Source: Heteronotia binoei
Taxonomy: Eukaryota
Direction of reading: 5' to 3'
Length of the DNA: 64,000 bases
Assembly (NCBI RefSeq): GCF_032191835.1
Contig: NC_083237.1
Span: forward strand, 8,680,001-8,744,000
In this document: positions 1 to 9,917 of the stretch, piece by piece
How the letters are laid out: each line of letters starts with the position of its first letter
How positions within the stretch are numbered: position 1 is the stretch's first letter
The notes under the pieces: generated by a model
Databases searched by the model: none
Told to the model about the DNA's origin: nothing
Seen by the model: the letters and a program-made list of their open reading frames with translations, nothing else
Position numbers and translations under genes: made by a program

Positions 1-1690
1 TCCTTGTCCTTTTCGTCCAATTCGTCCTTATCCTTCATTTCAAGTTCCCTATAAAGAAGGCTGAAAACATCGACATATTCCCCGTGCAGAATCTTTTCTC
101 TCGTATCCGCCGTCCGGTGATCCCCCAACGGCATGGCCATGTCGCCAAAAGGGCAGCACTGGAAAGGTACTGACCCAAAGGGGGTCGGGGACCAACCCCC
201 CCACTGGGTGGCAGGCCACCCAGAGGCCACCCAGAGGGCCATTGACTACCCCATTGATGCCCCCATGGCAGAGATCCACTGGGAGACTGTTGACTCATGA
301 CCCCCTGGGATGTGAAAGGGGTGCTGGCCGTTGTGGAGACCTGTGCAGGGCCCCAAGGCAGGATCTGTCCCTGCCCGCATGGGCCCCAGCCACAAGCTGC
401 CCCCGGCGAACCCAAAAACCCCCCTATTGCTCCCGGGCCTAACATAGATGAAGAAACAGCTGATCCAGGCGGATAGAGGGGGCCCCAACCACCCCACAGC
501 CAAACGCCAGAGTTGCCCGGCCTACCTTGCTCACCATCAGAGTCATCCATGCCAACTGCCACTACAATAGGCGCTAAACCGCTGCCTCTATCCAAACAAG
601 CAGGCCCTTCCAGGGGGTTACCTTCTTCCTCCGAATCCATGTTGGTATCAGGGGGATCATGGCTGGGCCTGCCGGAAGGGCCCGGCTGGGCCGACATGTC
701 CTGCAAGGTAGAAAGGCGAGCCAGGGCCTCCTGTTCGAAGGCCTTGGTAGACAACCGCACAGCTTTGCATCCCCGCACCAGCCCAGTTGCCCCGGAAGCC
801 AATTCCTGCTGCCGCTCTAAGGCAGCAAGCCTATCCACTATGGCCTGCCTAGTGCGGGCCTCCTCGTCTTCACCAGGGCAACTTGCAGGAACTGGCCTTT
901 TGGGTGCAGTCTTCACAGGCTGCTTGCCCTTTGAATTTCCTTGGCCCTTCTTGGGAGCCATGTCCAGGAGCCCACTGCGTAAAAAAACCCAGGGGGGGCA
1001 CCCCCACCCGCTCTTGATCCGCTAAGGCTAGGGCCCCACCCCTGGGGGCTGCTTCCCACGGAGGCCGCTCCCTCTGGCCGGCCGAAAGCACACTAAACAG
1101 GGATTGGGGGGGGGAATATGCCCATGAAGAGGGTGGGCGCATAAAGGCCTGCTGCCTCCTATCGAGCGCTCTACCCTCACACCTATCGAGGATGCCCGCC
1201 CTGTACAACGCGCTCCCTCGTGGTTCCTAGGCAAGGCAGGGATTGGGAGGGGGAGGGGGGGGAATATGCCCCAGTGGAGGGTAGGCGTGTGAAGGCCTGC
1301 CGCCTCCCCTCGAGCGCGCCGCCCTCGCTCCTGTCGGGGACGCCGACCCAGACAACGCGCTCCCCGGTCCACAATCCAGAGGTGAAGCGATCATCCCAGG
1401 GACGCCAAAGCCCGATCAGTGACTTCCTCAGTTGCCGCCGCCATCGAGCAGGCCCCGCCGCAGGCTGCCTCAAGGAGCCACACACCTCTCCGCTTCCCAA
1501 AACCACTGGCAAAGTGCATAGCTCCGGGCGTGGCCAGGCTTATAAAGCCCCAGGCCACGCCCAGCAACATCCCTGGATGGATGGAGGACCATTTGCCTCG
1601 GCTCCATCCAGAGAGGCAAACGCGGCCCCTGCCCTATGCCGCCGAACGTCACCAGCGGGAAGGGGCCGGATTATAAAAACAATAGGACCA
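1..1690 (-). mobile_element. 5' part of a DIRS/Ngaro-type tyrosine-recombinase retrotransposon (gag-like ORF1 with a frameshift; runs off window)
   Basis: GC-rich block. ORF 961->35 is low-complexity. A shifted frame near the left edge reads PLGDHRTADTREKILHGEYVDVFSLLYRELE, which I recognise as an amniote DIRS/Ngaro ORF1 motif. RT and recombinase are outside the window, so the family is not confirmed. Confidence 0.6.
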
Positions 1691-1859
1691 AATTTGCTAA
1701 AGTCCCCCCTCCCCCAGTTTCTATTGGACCAAGAGGATGATTTTACAGACTCCAAAGTGGATGCATCCCAGTACACACCCAGTGCCCTCTACCAGTTCCT
1801 AAAATGATGGACAAGCAGCAGCTAAGCAGACAAGCTCTGGCTGGCTATAGCATTAAACA

Positions 1860-1883
1860 CGCACACACACACACACACACACA
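1860..1883. repeat. (CA)n microsatellite
   Basis: Direct reading. Confidence 0.9.
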
Positions 1884-2239
1884 TATACAAATCTTGTCTA
1901 CCTACTCTTACAGGGACTGACTTCCAGTAAAAATTCCTGATGGTTCCACTCAAAGCTCTGCATTTGCCATCTTGTTTTTTGACCTGTTTGTTTCCTTTTT
2001 AGTCCCCCACCCCTTTCTGCTGGTCTGCACATATTCTAAAATGAATGTAGGGACACATAACTTGCAATGAAAACATGGAATGGGTTACAAGAAAAGGAGT
2101 GGAATGATGGTCCCTGGGCTCTGATAAAATGCTCTTAGATTGAAATTACAGCTCCCAGAGTTGAATGAAGCTTTGGTACCAGAATCAGTGCTTTGAGGGC
2201 TGTCATTCCAGTTCCAAACTACTGATTTCTGCTTTGACT

Positions 2240-2378
2240 TGGATATCCTAGGTAGTCTGATCTCATCAGATCTCAGAAGCTAAGCAGGATCAGCCCTGGC
2301 TAGTGTTTGGATGGGCTACATCCAAGGATTACCAAGGGCATGATGCAGAGGCAGGCAATGGCAAACTACCTCTGAAAG
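2240..2378 (+). mobile_element. 5S rRNA-derived SINE with RTE/BovB-like tail
   Basis: 5S internal-promoter-like head (GATCTCAGAAGCTAAGCAGG...TAGTGTTTGGATGGG) followed by GGCAATGGCAAACTACCTCTG. Confidence 0.75.
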
Positions 2379-2936
2379 ATCTCTTGACTTAAATAAACAA
2401 GTCTAGCTCATCACCTAGTGGTGCATAACTTCTGACTGCCAGACAGTCTTAGGATCTCTTGGCTATACTATGCTAACTACCATATGATAATTAATTAATG
2501 CACTACTATTGATTCCAGTCCTAGAGGCTGTCACTCCATAGTAGGGGTTTGTGATTCAAGTTCTAGAATATTTATGTTATTCCCAGGGGCTGCCATTCCA
2601 CTGGGGGGGGGGAGGTCATTACAGTTACAGAGCTCTGATGTCAATCCCAGAGCTATGTTCCTGAATCCTGTTATATCCAGTCATCATTCAGGCATTTCTC
2701 ATTTTTCTCAATGGATATTGTAGTTTGTTCCCCAAAGGTGCACTGGTAATTAGGACGGGGAAAGCAAGTGAAAAGCCATCAGGGACAGAAATAAGCCAGT
2801 TTTTTGTGAGGAAATTTTCTCCCCCTGCAATTATCCAAATCAATAGAATCTGTTCACCGAACCAAAGCTGCAGTGACTTTGCATAATGTGACAGATGACT
2901 TAAAAAATAAAATAAAATAAATAACCCGACCTGAAT

Positions 2937-2944
2937 TATATAAA
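2937..2944 (+). promoter_or_regulatory. Candidate TATA box, V2R gene 1
   Basis: TATATAAA inside a non-coding block conserved with the gene 4 upstream region (GATATAAA at 49233-49240). Confidence 0.5.
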
Positions 2945-3035
2945 CTCCTGTGCCACAGAGAGGTGGTAAAAGGCATGGATGGGTTCTGACGATTTGAGAT
3001 ATCACATTCTACTTTGATAAACCAGACTTGAAAAC

Positions 3036-3104
3036 CAGATGTGCATGCGCATGAAAGCTTGTGCCTTGGTCTTTAAGGTGCCACTGGACTCAAACTTGGA
3101 TCTG
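3036..3104 (+). mobile_element. Short Penelope-like 3' remnant just upstream of the gene 1 start codon
   Basis: GAAAGCTT...GGTCTTTAAGGTGCCACTGGACTC motif; absent at the aligned position of gene 4; flanked by a degenerate ~11-bp duplication (3024-3035 / 3105-3115). Confidence 0.6.
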
Positions 3105-3152
3105 AGGCTTAAAACTGTTGTATTTGCAAGCCCAGCAGGTTTCCACACCAGG

Positions 3153-3367
3153 ATGGTGAGGGTAATGGCATCCCTGCTTTTGTTGCCTCCTATTCTATGC
3201 AAAATATATAACAGGAATAGCCCTAAGGATGAACCATTTCCTGTTCCTCATGCGTGGTATCAGTTTGGGGACCTACTCATTGGTGGGATTACTTCTCAGG
3301 TCATTTATACTTTACACACATTCTCTTTTGATAAACATCCTTCTGATGGCTTGTTTAATGATACAGT
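3153..3367 (+). CDS. Vmn2r: V2R gene 1 exon 1 (signal peptide, VFT start)
   Basis: MVRVMASLLLL...VPHAWYQFGDLLIGGITSQ; phase-2 donor GTAAGT at 3368. Confidence 0.88.
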
Positions 3368-3989
3368 GTAAGTTTCTCCCCCCTCCTGTCTCATAATGCA
3401 ATCTGTCCGTCTGTCAAATCATGACTATTCTGTATAGAAATGTCCAACTACTTCAAAGATGGAAGGGATAGGCTTGAGCCATGCCAGTATTTCTCTTTTG
3501 CAGTTGTGTGCACTCTGTCTTGTTGGCAGAACATCTAGATTTTCTTCTCCCATAACAGAGGTTGCGCCTGTTTTCAAGGTGGGAAATAAAAGAGCAGATT
3601 GAGTGCTTTCACCCAGCTGACGTGCAGTTTCTTGAGTGCATATTTATGAAGAAAGTTACAAATATTACTATCAATAATTAAGGGAAACAAACCCAGGTAT
3701 TAGAAGCCAGATTTATGGGAGACTGTAAAATATTTGCAAAGGAGGGGGAGGGGGGAATCTGCAAACCATAAATCAAGAATGAGAGGGGGGGGGGAACAGG
3801 CAAATCAAATTTTAAACAACAGATTAAAGATTACTGTAAAACTCAAGAGCTATTTTGCAGAGCCTCAAGTATTTGATTATAGTAACTTCCAAACACTGAT
3901 TTACACAAGATATGACCCCATGTCTGTTGCATATCATGAAAGCTACTACCAGCCTATGAGAGATGGGAAAATCCTCTAGACTGGACATA

Positions 3990-4265
3990 TTACTATGGTG
4001 GTGAAAAGTGCTATCAAATTGCAGCCACCTTTTTGTGCCCTTGTAGGTTTTTCAAGGCAAGAGACATTCAAGGCAAGAGAAATTGCAGTCACCTTTTTGT
4101 GCCCTTGTAGGTTTTTCAAGGCAAGAGACATTCAGAGATGGTCTGCCATTTCCTGCCTTTGTGTGGTGACCCTGGTATTCCTTAGTGGCATCCCACCCAA
4201 ACAGTAAACACAGCCATCCATGTTTAGCTTCTAAGATCTGCCAAGATTGTGCCAGCCTGGGTCAC
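3990..4265 (-). mobile_element. 5S-derived SINE with an internal ~65-bp tandem duplication
   Basis: Reverse complement gives the 5S head and ...TCTTGCCTTGAAAAACC tail; units start near 4020 and 4085. Confidence 0.7.
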
Positions 4266-4835
4266 ATTACAATAGGAGTTCAAATAATACAGTAGTCTTG
4301 CATAACACTGTATTTAATGTAGTCTTTATTAGAAAGTACTGTTAATTTACAGTCATCTTATTTTTAGTGGTATTTTTCCATTGCTTATTTTCACAACCAT
4401 ATTATCTGTCTCGTCTTATACACCTCTGGACAAAGCAGCATCTTGTCTGGTTCATGTATTCTAGATTTTTGGTTTTCAAAGTGTTACTCAATATTCCTGC
4501 AATTTGATTTCCTAGATTTTTTCCCATTCTATACAGGGATAATTAGAGGTAAAAGGATATACTATGACATTTCCTAAAATCATTTTAGAATGGAATTTGG
4601 GGCTACGGGTGATCGGAAATAATTTTAACAATCAAAAGACACTGAAAAGCCATGTTGAGCTTTCCGTTTTTTTCTGTATCATGGCTCAAAGTCTGGGACA
4701 AACACATCCTAATGGTAGACATACAGCACATGAAATAGATACCATTTTGGATAGAGCAGGATGTAGTCATCATGACTCCATAGGTCTCAGCTGGTTTCAA
4801 GTCAAGTAGCACCTTAGAGACCAACATTTTGGGGG

Positions 4836-5116
4836 TGTCGTGTCCTGAATTTACTGTTTTGCGATAGCCTCGTGAACTTTGGAGTTACCGCGGGGAACCA
4901 GAGACTACCTTGATGGATTTGAACTATGAGCTTAAACCAATGAGCGGTTAAGGTGCAAAACTTGACCACAGTGATTTGGTATGGGACTCCGGGGGTCCCA
5001 TTTTGTTGAATGTCTTATAAGCGGGGTCTCGGCCTCACCATATCATCTTTTAGTGCATAGTAGCAATAAAGCATATTCTGTGTTGAACTCCACTGCCTTG
5101 AACTCACTATTTAACA
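4836..5116 (+). mobile_element. Probable solo LTR between inverted Penelope-like termini
   Basis: TG...CA ends, CTTATAAG and AATAAA in order, flanks GGGGG/GGGTG (4/5 match). Confidence 0.4.
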
Positions 5117-5666
5117 GGGTGAATAACTTGTCAGATAAAAGTTATTGGTCTCTTCAGTGCTTCTGGACTTGAATCTAACTGTTCTACTGCAGGTCCTCTG
5201 TAATCATCTCCATAGTCCTCACTATAACATAGCGTTATGTCATCAAAAGAGTTCCCAACTATGGTGCAATGATGACAAAATAGCAACCTGTTTCAGGTTG
5301 CCTTTACTTCAGTCTGTGACACTGTTCTCAGTATTCAGAACTGAAGTTTGGGGCAGAAAGAAACAACCGCCAAGAAAAACAGAGAATACTTCTTTACTGT
5401 GATATGTTCTTTGGGATGATATCCAAGCCTATGAGGTGATCTCTAACATTAAAACAAACCAACAAAGCAGTCAAGTAACATATAGTAGTAGAACCATCAT
5501 AATTATTATTGGGGTTCAAACACACGTACTTTAGTAGCATTGCAATGTCATAATAAAGAGGATATATTTGCTCTTAAGTCAGAACTAAAATGGACAAGCC
5601 TTACGGTAAAATGATTTGGATTAAAGTAGAATTCTCCTACAGATAATCATTTCACTCTCTTTTAAG

Positions 5667-5958
5667 TATGGTGATAAAGTACTACCAGCATAACCTAGCA
5701 TTGGCATTTGCCATAAATGAGATCAATGAGAACCCCAAGATCTTGCCGAATATCACCCTTGGGTTCCACATCTATGACAGCTACTTTGATGTAAAAATGA
5801 CATACCATACCACTCTGGAATTGCTTTTCAAGCTGAGGAGATTTCTTCCTAATTACAAATGTGACATCCAGAAAAATGTAATAGCTGTTCTTGGAGGACT
5901 TGATGCTGATATCTCCTTCCATATGGCAGACATCTTAGGACTCTACAAAATTCCACAG
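5667..5958 (+). CDS. Vmn2r: V2R gene 1 exon 2
   Basis: 292-nt exon, [29 protein letters not shown]...YKIPQ; AG/GT boundaries. Confidence 0.95.
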
Positions 5959-5975
5959 GTATGATTCATCTACAA

Positions 5976-6455
5976 CAGTGGTCCCCAACCTTTTTGGCAC
6001 CAGAGACCAGTTTTGTGGAAGACATTTTTTCCATGGACTGGGTGGGGGGGGGGGGATTGTTTTGGGATGATACAATTGTGTACTTTATTTTGGTGTGGTG
6101 GTTGAGTGTGTAGACTCTTAGCTGGGAGAATTGGGTTTGTTTTCTCACACCTCCGCTTGCAGCTGCTGGAATGTCCTTGGGTCAGTCATAGCTCTCAAAG
6201 AGGTTGTCCTTGAAAGGGCAACTTCTGGGGAGAGCTCTCTCAGCCCCACCCACCTCACAGGGTGTCTGTTGTGGGAGAGGAAGATAAAAGAGATTGTGAA
6301 CCACTCTGAGATTCGGAGTGGAGGGCAGGATATAAATCCAATGTATTACTACTACTGCTGCTACTACATAATGAAATAATTATACAATTCACAGCCCGGT
6401 TGCTAATAGGCCACGGACTGGGACCAGTCCATGGCCCGGGGGTTGGGGACCCTTG
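5976..6455. mobile_element. hAT-Charlie (MER1-like) MITE with a nested SINE
   Basis: TIRs CAGTGGTCCCCAACC / GGTTGGGGACCCTTG; 8-bp TSD ATCTACAA/ATCTACAG. Confidence 0.85.
6089..6368 (+). mobile_element. tRNA-derived SINE (Squam3-like, L2-type tail)
   Basis: A/B-box head, body TCTCAGCCCCACCCACCTCACAGGGTGTCTGTTG, simple-repeat tail; many similar copies in window. Confidence 0.85.
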
Positions 6456-6483
6456 ATCTACAGAACTTTGAATGATTTCACAA

Positions 6484-6730
6484 ATCATTAGGGTTTGTAG
6501 AATCTTTCGGGCTCAAGTGCCGTGTTCTACTGGAGAAAGTTTTTCTTCCAGACGTTTCGTTCTCAGCTGCGGAGAACATCCTCAGTGGCGTTGCAGCTCA
6601 GTGGCGTTCTCCGCAGCTGAGAACGAAACGTCTGGAAGAAAAACTTTCTCCAGTAGAACACGGCACTTGAGCCCAAAAGATTCTACAAACCCTAATGATG
6701 TTACCAGCTGTAAAAACCTAAAATCTTTGA
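6484..6730. mobile_element. Penelope-like inverted terminal repeat remnant (94-bp-arm hairpin)
   Basis: Arms 6484-6577 and 6606-6699, 1 mismatch; ACGTTTCG Penelope motif; flanking direct repeat TGATTTCACAAATCATT at 6473-6489 and 6728-6744. Confidence 0.75.
6548..6588 (-). ncRNA. Minimal type I hammerhead ribozyme motif (Penelope type)
   Basis: Minus strand reads CCA-CUGAGGA-U-GUUCUC-CGCAGCU-GAGAAC-GAAAC-GUC-UGG: both core motifs, 6-bp stem II, palindromic ACGU stem III, 3-bp stem I. Activity untested. Confidence 0.7.
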
Positions 6731-7186
6731 TTTCACAAATCATTTTTTTTTTCAATTCAGAGAATGATTTTGAGAGAAAGAAGGAACAGTATGATTGACT
6801 TACTTCACATAGGAAGAGAAGAAATAAAGTACAGGGTCAGCATAAGAAACTTCCTGGATATTTATTTCAAAAAACTGTTTTACAGAAACTATACAATGTT
6901 CACATTCATTGAAAAAATCAGGCACAAGTACCTTAGGTTTGGACCCCAAGGGTTTGAATAATCTAGATGAGGACAGTTGCTCCAGTGTAAATTGCTTTCC
7001 ACCAGGAACATATGCTTCTTTCAGCAGATAAAATTTTGCATTAGAGGAAAGCTTATTTGTCAAAAAGAGACTTTGGATCCAGTTAATAAGTTTTATTTTG
7101 TTCACAATGACAAATCCATTCAGGCAGTTCACGATGCACATAGCTTTGCATGGTCTCCTAATCAATCCCTAAAACCTTTGTTTCAG

Positions 7187-8035
7187 ATCACATATGGGTC
7201 ATTTGTCTTGAAGGAGAGGGATGCAACAGAGTTTCCTTCCTTCTACCGCATGGTCCCAAATGAAAACCAACAGTATACAGGAATTATCCAGTTACTGATA
7301 TATTTTGGATGGACATGGGTTGGCCTCCTTGCTTCAGATGATGATTTTGGGGAGCATTTCTTGAATAACTTTGAGCAACTGCTTTTCCAAAGTGGAATCT
7401 GTTCAGCCTTCACATTGAAAATAGTGAACCAAGCAAAATGGGATTCCTGGGGGGACATTATTAATTTAGTCAAAGATATATATCAACCTTTTGAAGACAT
7501 AAAAGTCAATGTGCTTATCCTCTATGGAGGACCTTTAACCATCCTGTCGCTGAATACTCTGATCTTTTTAGGAAATCCGGCATATGGAGGGAATGTATCA
7601 TTGAGCAAAGTGTGGATTTTGACAGCACAAGTTGACTTCATGTTATCTGGAGCTCAAAGGAATTGGGCTTTTGATGTGTTTCATGGTGCCATAACTTTCA
7701 CCATTCATTCAAATGAAGTTCTACAGTTCAAGAAATATCTTCATGACATAAAACCTTACCAGGAGAAGCAAAATGGTTTCATCAAGGAATTATGGGAGCA
7801 AGCATTTGACTGTTCATTTCCAAATCTCAATGGACCAATGAAGGTCAATGACATATGCTCTGGAGATGAGAAACTTGAGAGTCTTCCTGGGCTTCTTTTT
7901 GAAGTGCTGATGACTGGTCACAGCTACAGTGTATATAGTGCTGTCTATGCCATAGCATATGTCTTGAACACCATGATTACATCTAATTCCATGACTGGGA
8001 AAAGTGTTAGACTCCAAGATCTCCAGCCTTGGCAG
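7187..8035 (+). CDS. Vmn2r: V2R gene 1 exon 3 (VFT)
   Basis: 849-nt open exon, ITYGSF...LQDLQPWQ; TTTCAG acceptor, GTAAAG donor. Confidence 0.95.
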
Positions 8036-8422
8036 GTAAAGTTCCCACAAGGTACTGCACATTAACGTGAGGCAATTATTCAATGTTGTCTTCCAGGAAC
8101 TTCTGGGGAAATGGTGTTGCAAACCTTTCATTGACATCTTTTTGTGGGTTCTTCCTGCACATGGATCCTGAAAAATTACAGAATGTTCTGACACGACACG
8201 TACCCTCAAAAATAGCCACATCTCTGGGCTGTCCTTGTATATAAAAAGTTACCAGCAAAGACATGTGAGTTGGAGTCTTGATGTATGAACATCACGACTT
8301 CATGGATTTTAAACTAATTTTTACTGCCTGAATAATGTCATTCATTCATTTCTCTGTTACTATCTAAACCCAGATGGTGTCATTGCTAAAATCTCCCACT
8401 GCCATTTTTCTATCACAATTTT

Positions 8423-9917
8423 TCCTGGAGGATGCTTCCATCCTCGATCCCCATCAGTCAGGCTTTCGTCCAGGTCATGGGACAGAGACAGTGCTGGTTG
8501 CTCTGGTGGATGATTTTCAGAGGCATCTGGATCGAGTCGGCTTGGCAATACTGATGCTGTTAGACCTATCGGCAGCGTTCGATACAGTCGACCATCGGTT
8601 GCTGACCTGCCATCTCGCTGACGTGGGGATTCAGGGGTTGGCTTTACAATGGCTTTCCTTTTTCCTCGATGGTCGAAGACAAAGGGTGGCGATTGGGAAT
8701 GAATTGTCCCGGAGGCACCTGCTTGATTGCGGGGTGCCTCAGGGGGCAGTACTCTCCCCGATGTTGTTCAACATCTATATTCACCCCCTTGCCCAGATTG
8801 CCTGGAGATATGGGCTGGGCTGCCACCAGCGCGCTGATGACACCCAGCTCTATCTACTAATGGACGGCCGGCCTGCCTGTGTTCCAGAAAATCTGGACCT
8901 GGCGCTACAAGCCATGTCTAGATGGCTCAGGCTGAGCGGATTGAAACTAAATCCAGCGAAGACAGAGGCCTTTGCTTAGGTCGCCATGGTCCGGGGGGGG
9001 GGGGAGATTCCCTTACCAGCCCTTGACGGTGTGCCTCTGACAGCGGCACACAGGTTCAGGAGCTTGGGGGTATTATTGGAGCCTGCCCTAACTATGGAGG
9101 CCCAAATAGCAGCCACTGCCAAGTCTGCATTTTTTCACCTTAGGCGAGCAAGGCAGTTGGCCCCTTTCCTGGAGAATGGCGTCCTGGCAACAGTGATCCA
9201 TGCAACGGTCACCTCAAGGTTGGATTACTGTAACGCACTCTACAGGGGGCTGCCCCTGTGCCGAACCCGGAAGTTGCAGTTAGTGCAGAACGCCGCCGCC
9301 TGGTTGTTATTAGGGCTCCCTAGATGGGAGCACATTCAGCCGGGGCTTCGGGAACTGCACTGGCTGCCGATAATATACCGAGTTTGGTACAAGGTGCTGG
9401 TTATTACTTTTAAAGCCCTATATGGCCTAGGACCTGCTTACCTTAGGGACCGTCTCTCCCCATATGTTCCCCAGAAAGTGTTGAGATTGGGTTCTCAGAA
9501 TCTCCTTACAATCCCCAGGCTAAAGGAGGCCCATCTGAAGTCAACTAGGGACAGGGCTTTTTTGATCACAGCCCCTTGCTGGTGGAACCAATTGCCGGAG
9601 GAGGTGAGGGCCCTGTGGAACCTTGGGCAGTTCCACAGGGCCTGTAAGAAAGTCCTCTTCCGGTTGGCATACAACTGACCGACACCTGAACATCTGAATA
9701 TCTGAACATCAGAATATTGGAATATCTGAATAGCTGAATTTTAAGGAAGACTGTAGCATAGCACGCTGATAATTGTGTTTTTATTTTATGTGTAAATTAT
9801 TAATGTATTTTTAATTTTTGTTTTATTGTTAGAATTTTATGTTGTGAGCCGCCCTGAGCCCGCTTCGGTGGGGTAGGGCGGGATATAAATTGAAGGAAAT
9901 AAATAAATAAAAATAAA
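8423..9917 (+). mobile_element. 5'-truncated L2-clade LINE (RT and C-terminus, frameshifted)
   Basis: QSGFRPGHGTET, LLDLSAAFDTVDH, GVPQGAVLSP, ADDTQLY, SRLDYCN motifs; tail GAGCCGCCCTGAG...(TAAA)n; TSD ACAATTTT (8415-8422 / 9918-9925). Confidence 0.92.

Noticed and set aside
1220-1807. 195-aa plus-strand ORF as a novel gene
   Set aside because: GC-rich TE leader on the antisense strand, low-complexity translation, no domain or splice structure.
2240-2340. 5S rRNA gene
   Set aside because: Degenerate, 5'-incomplete and fused to a LINE-like tail; it is a SINE.
2581-2589. O/E (Ebf)-like site TCCCAGGGG upstream of gene 1
   Set aside because: Not conserved upstream of gene 4; likely chance or TE-derived.
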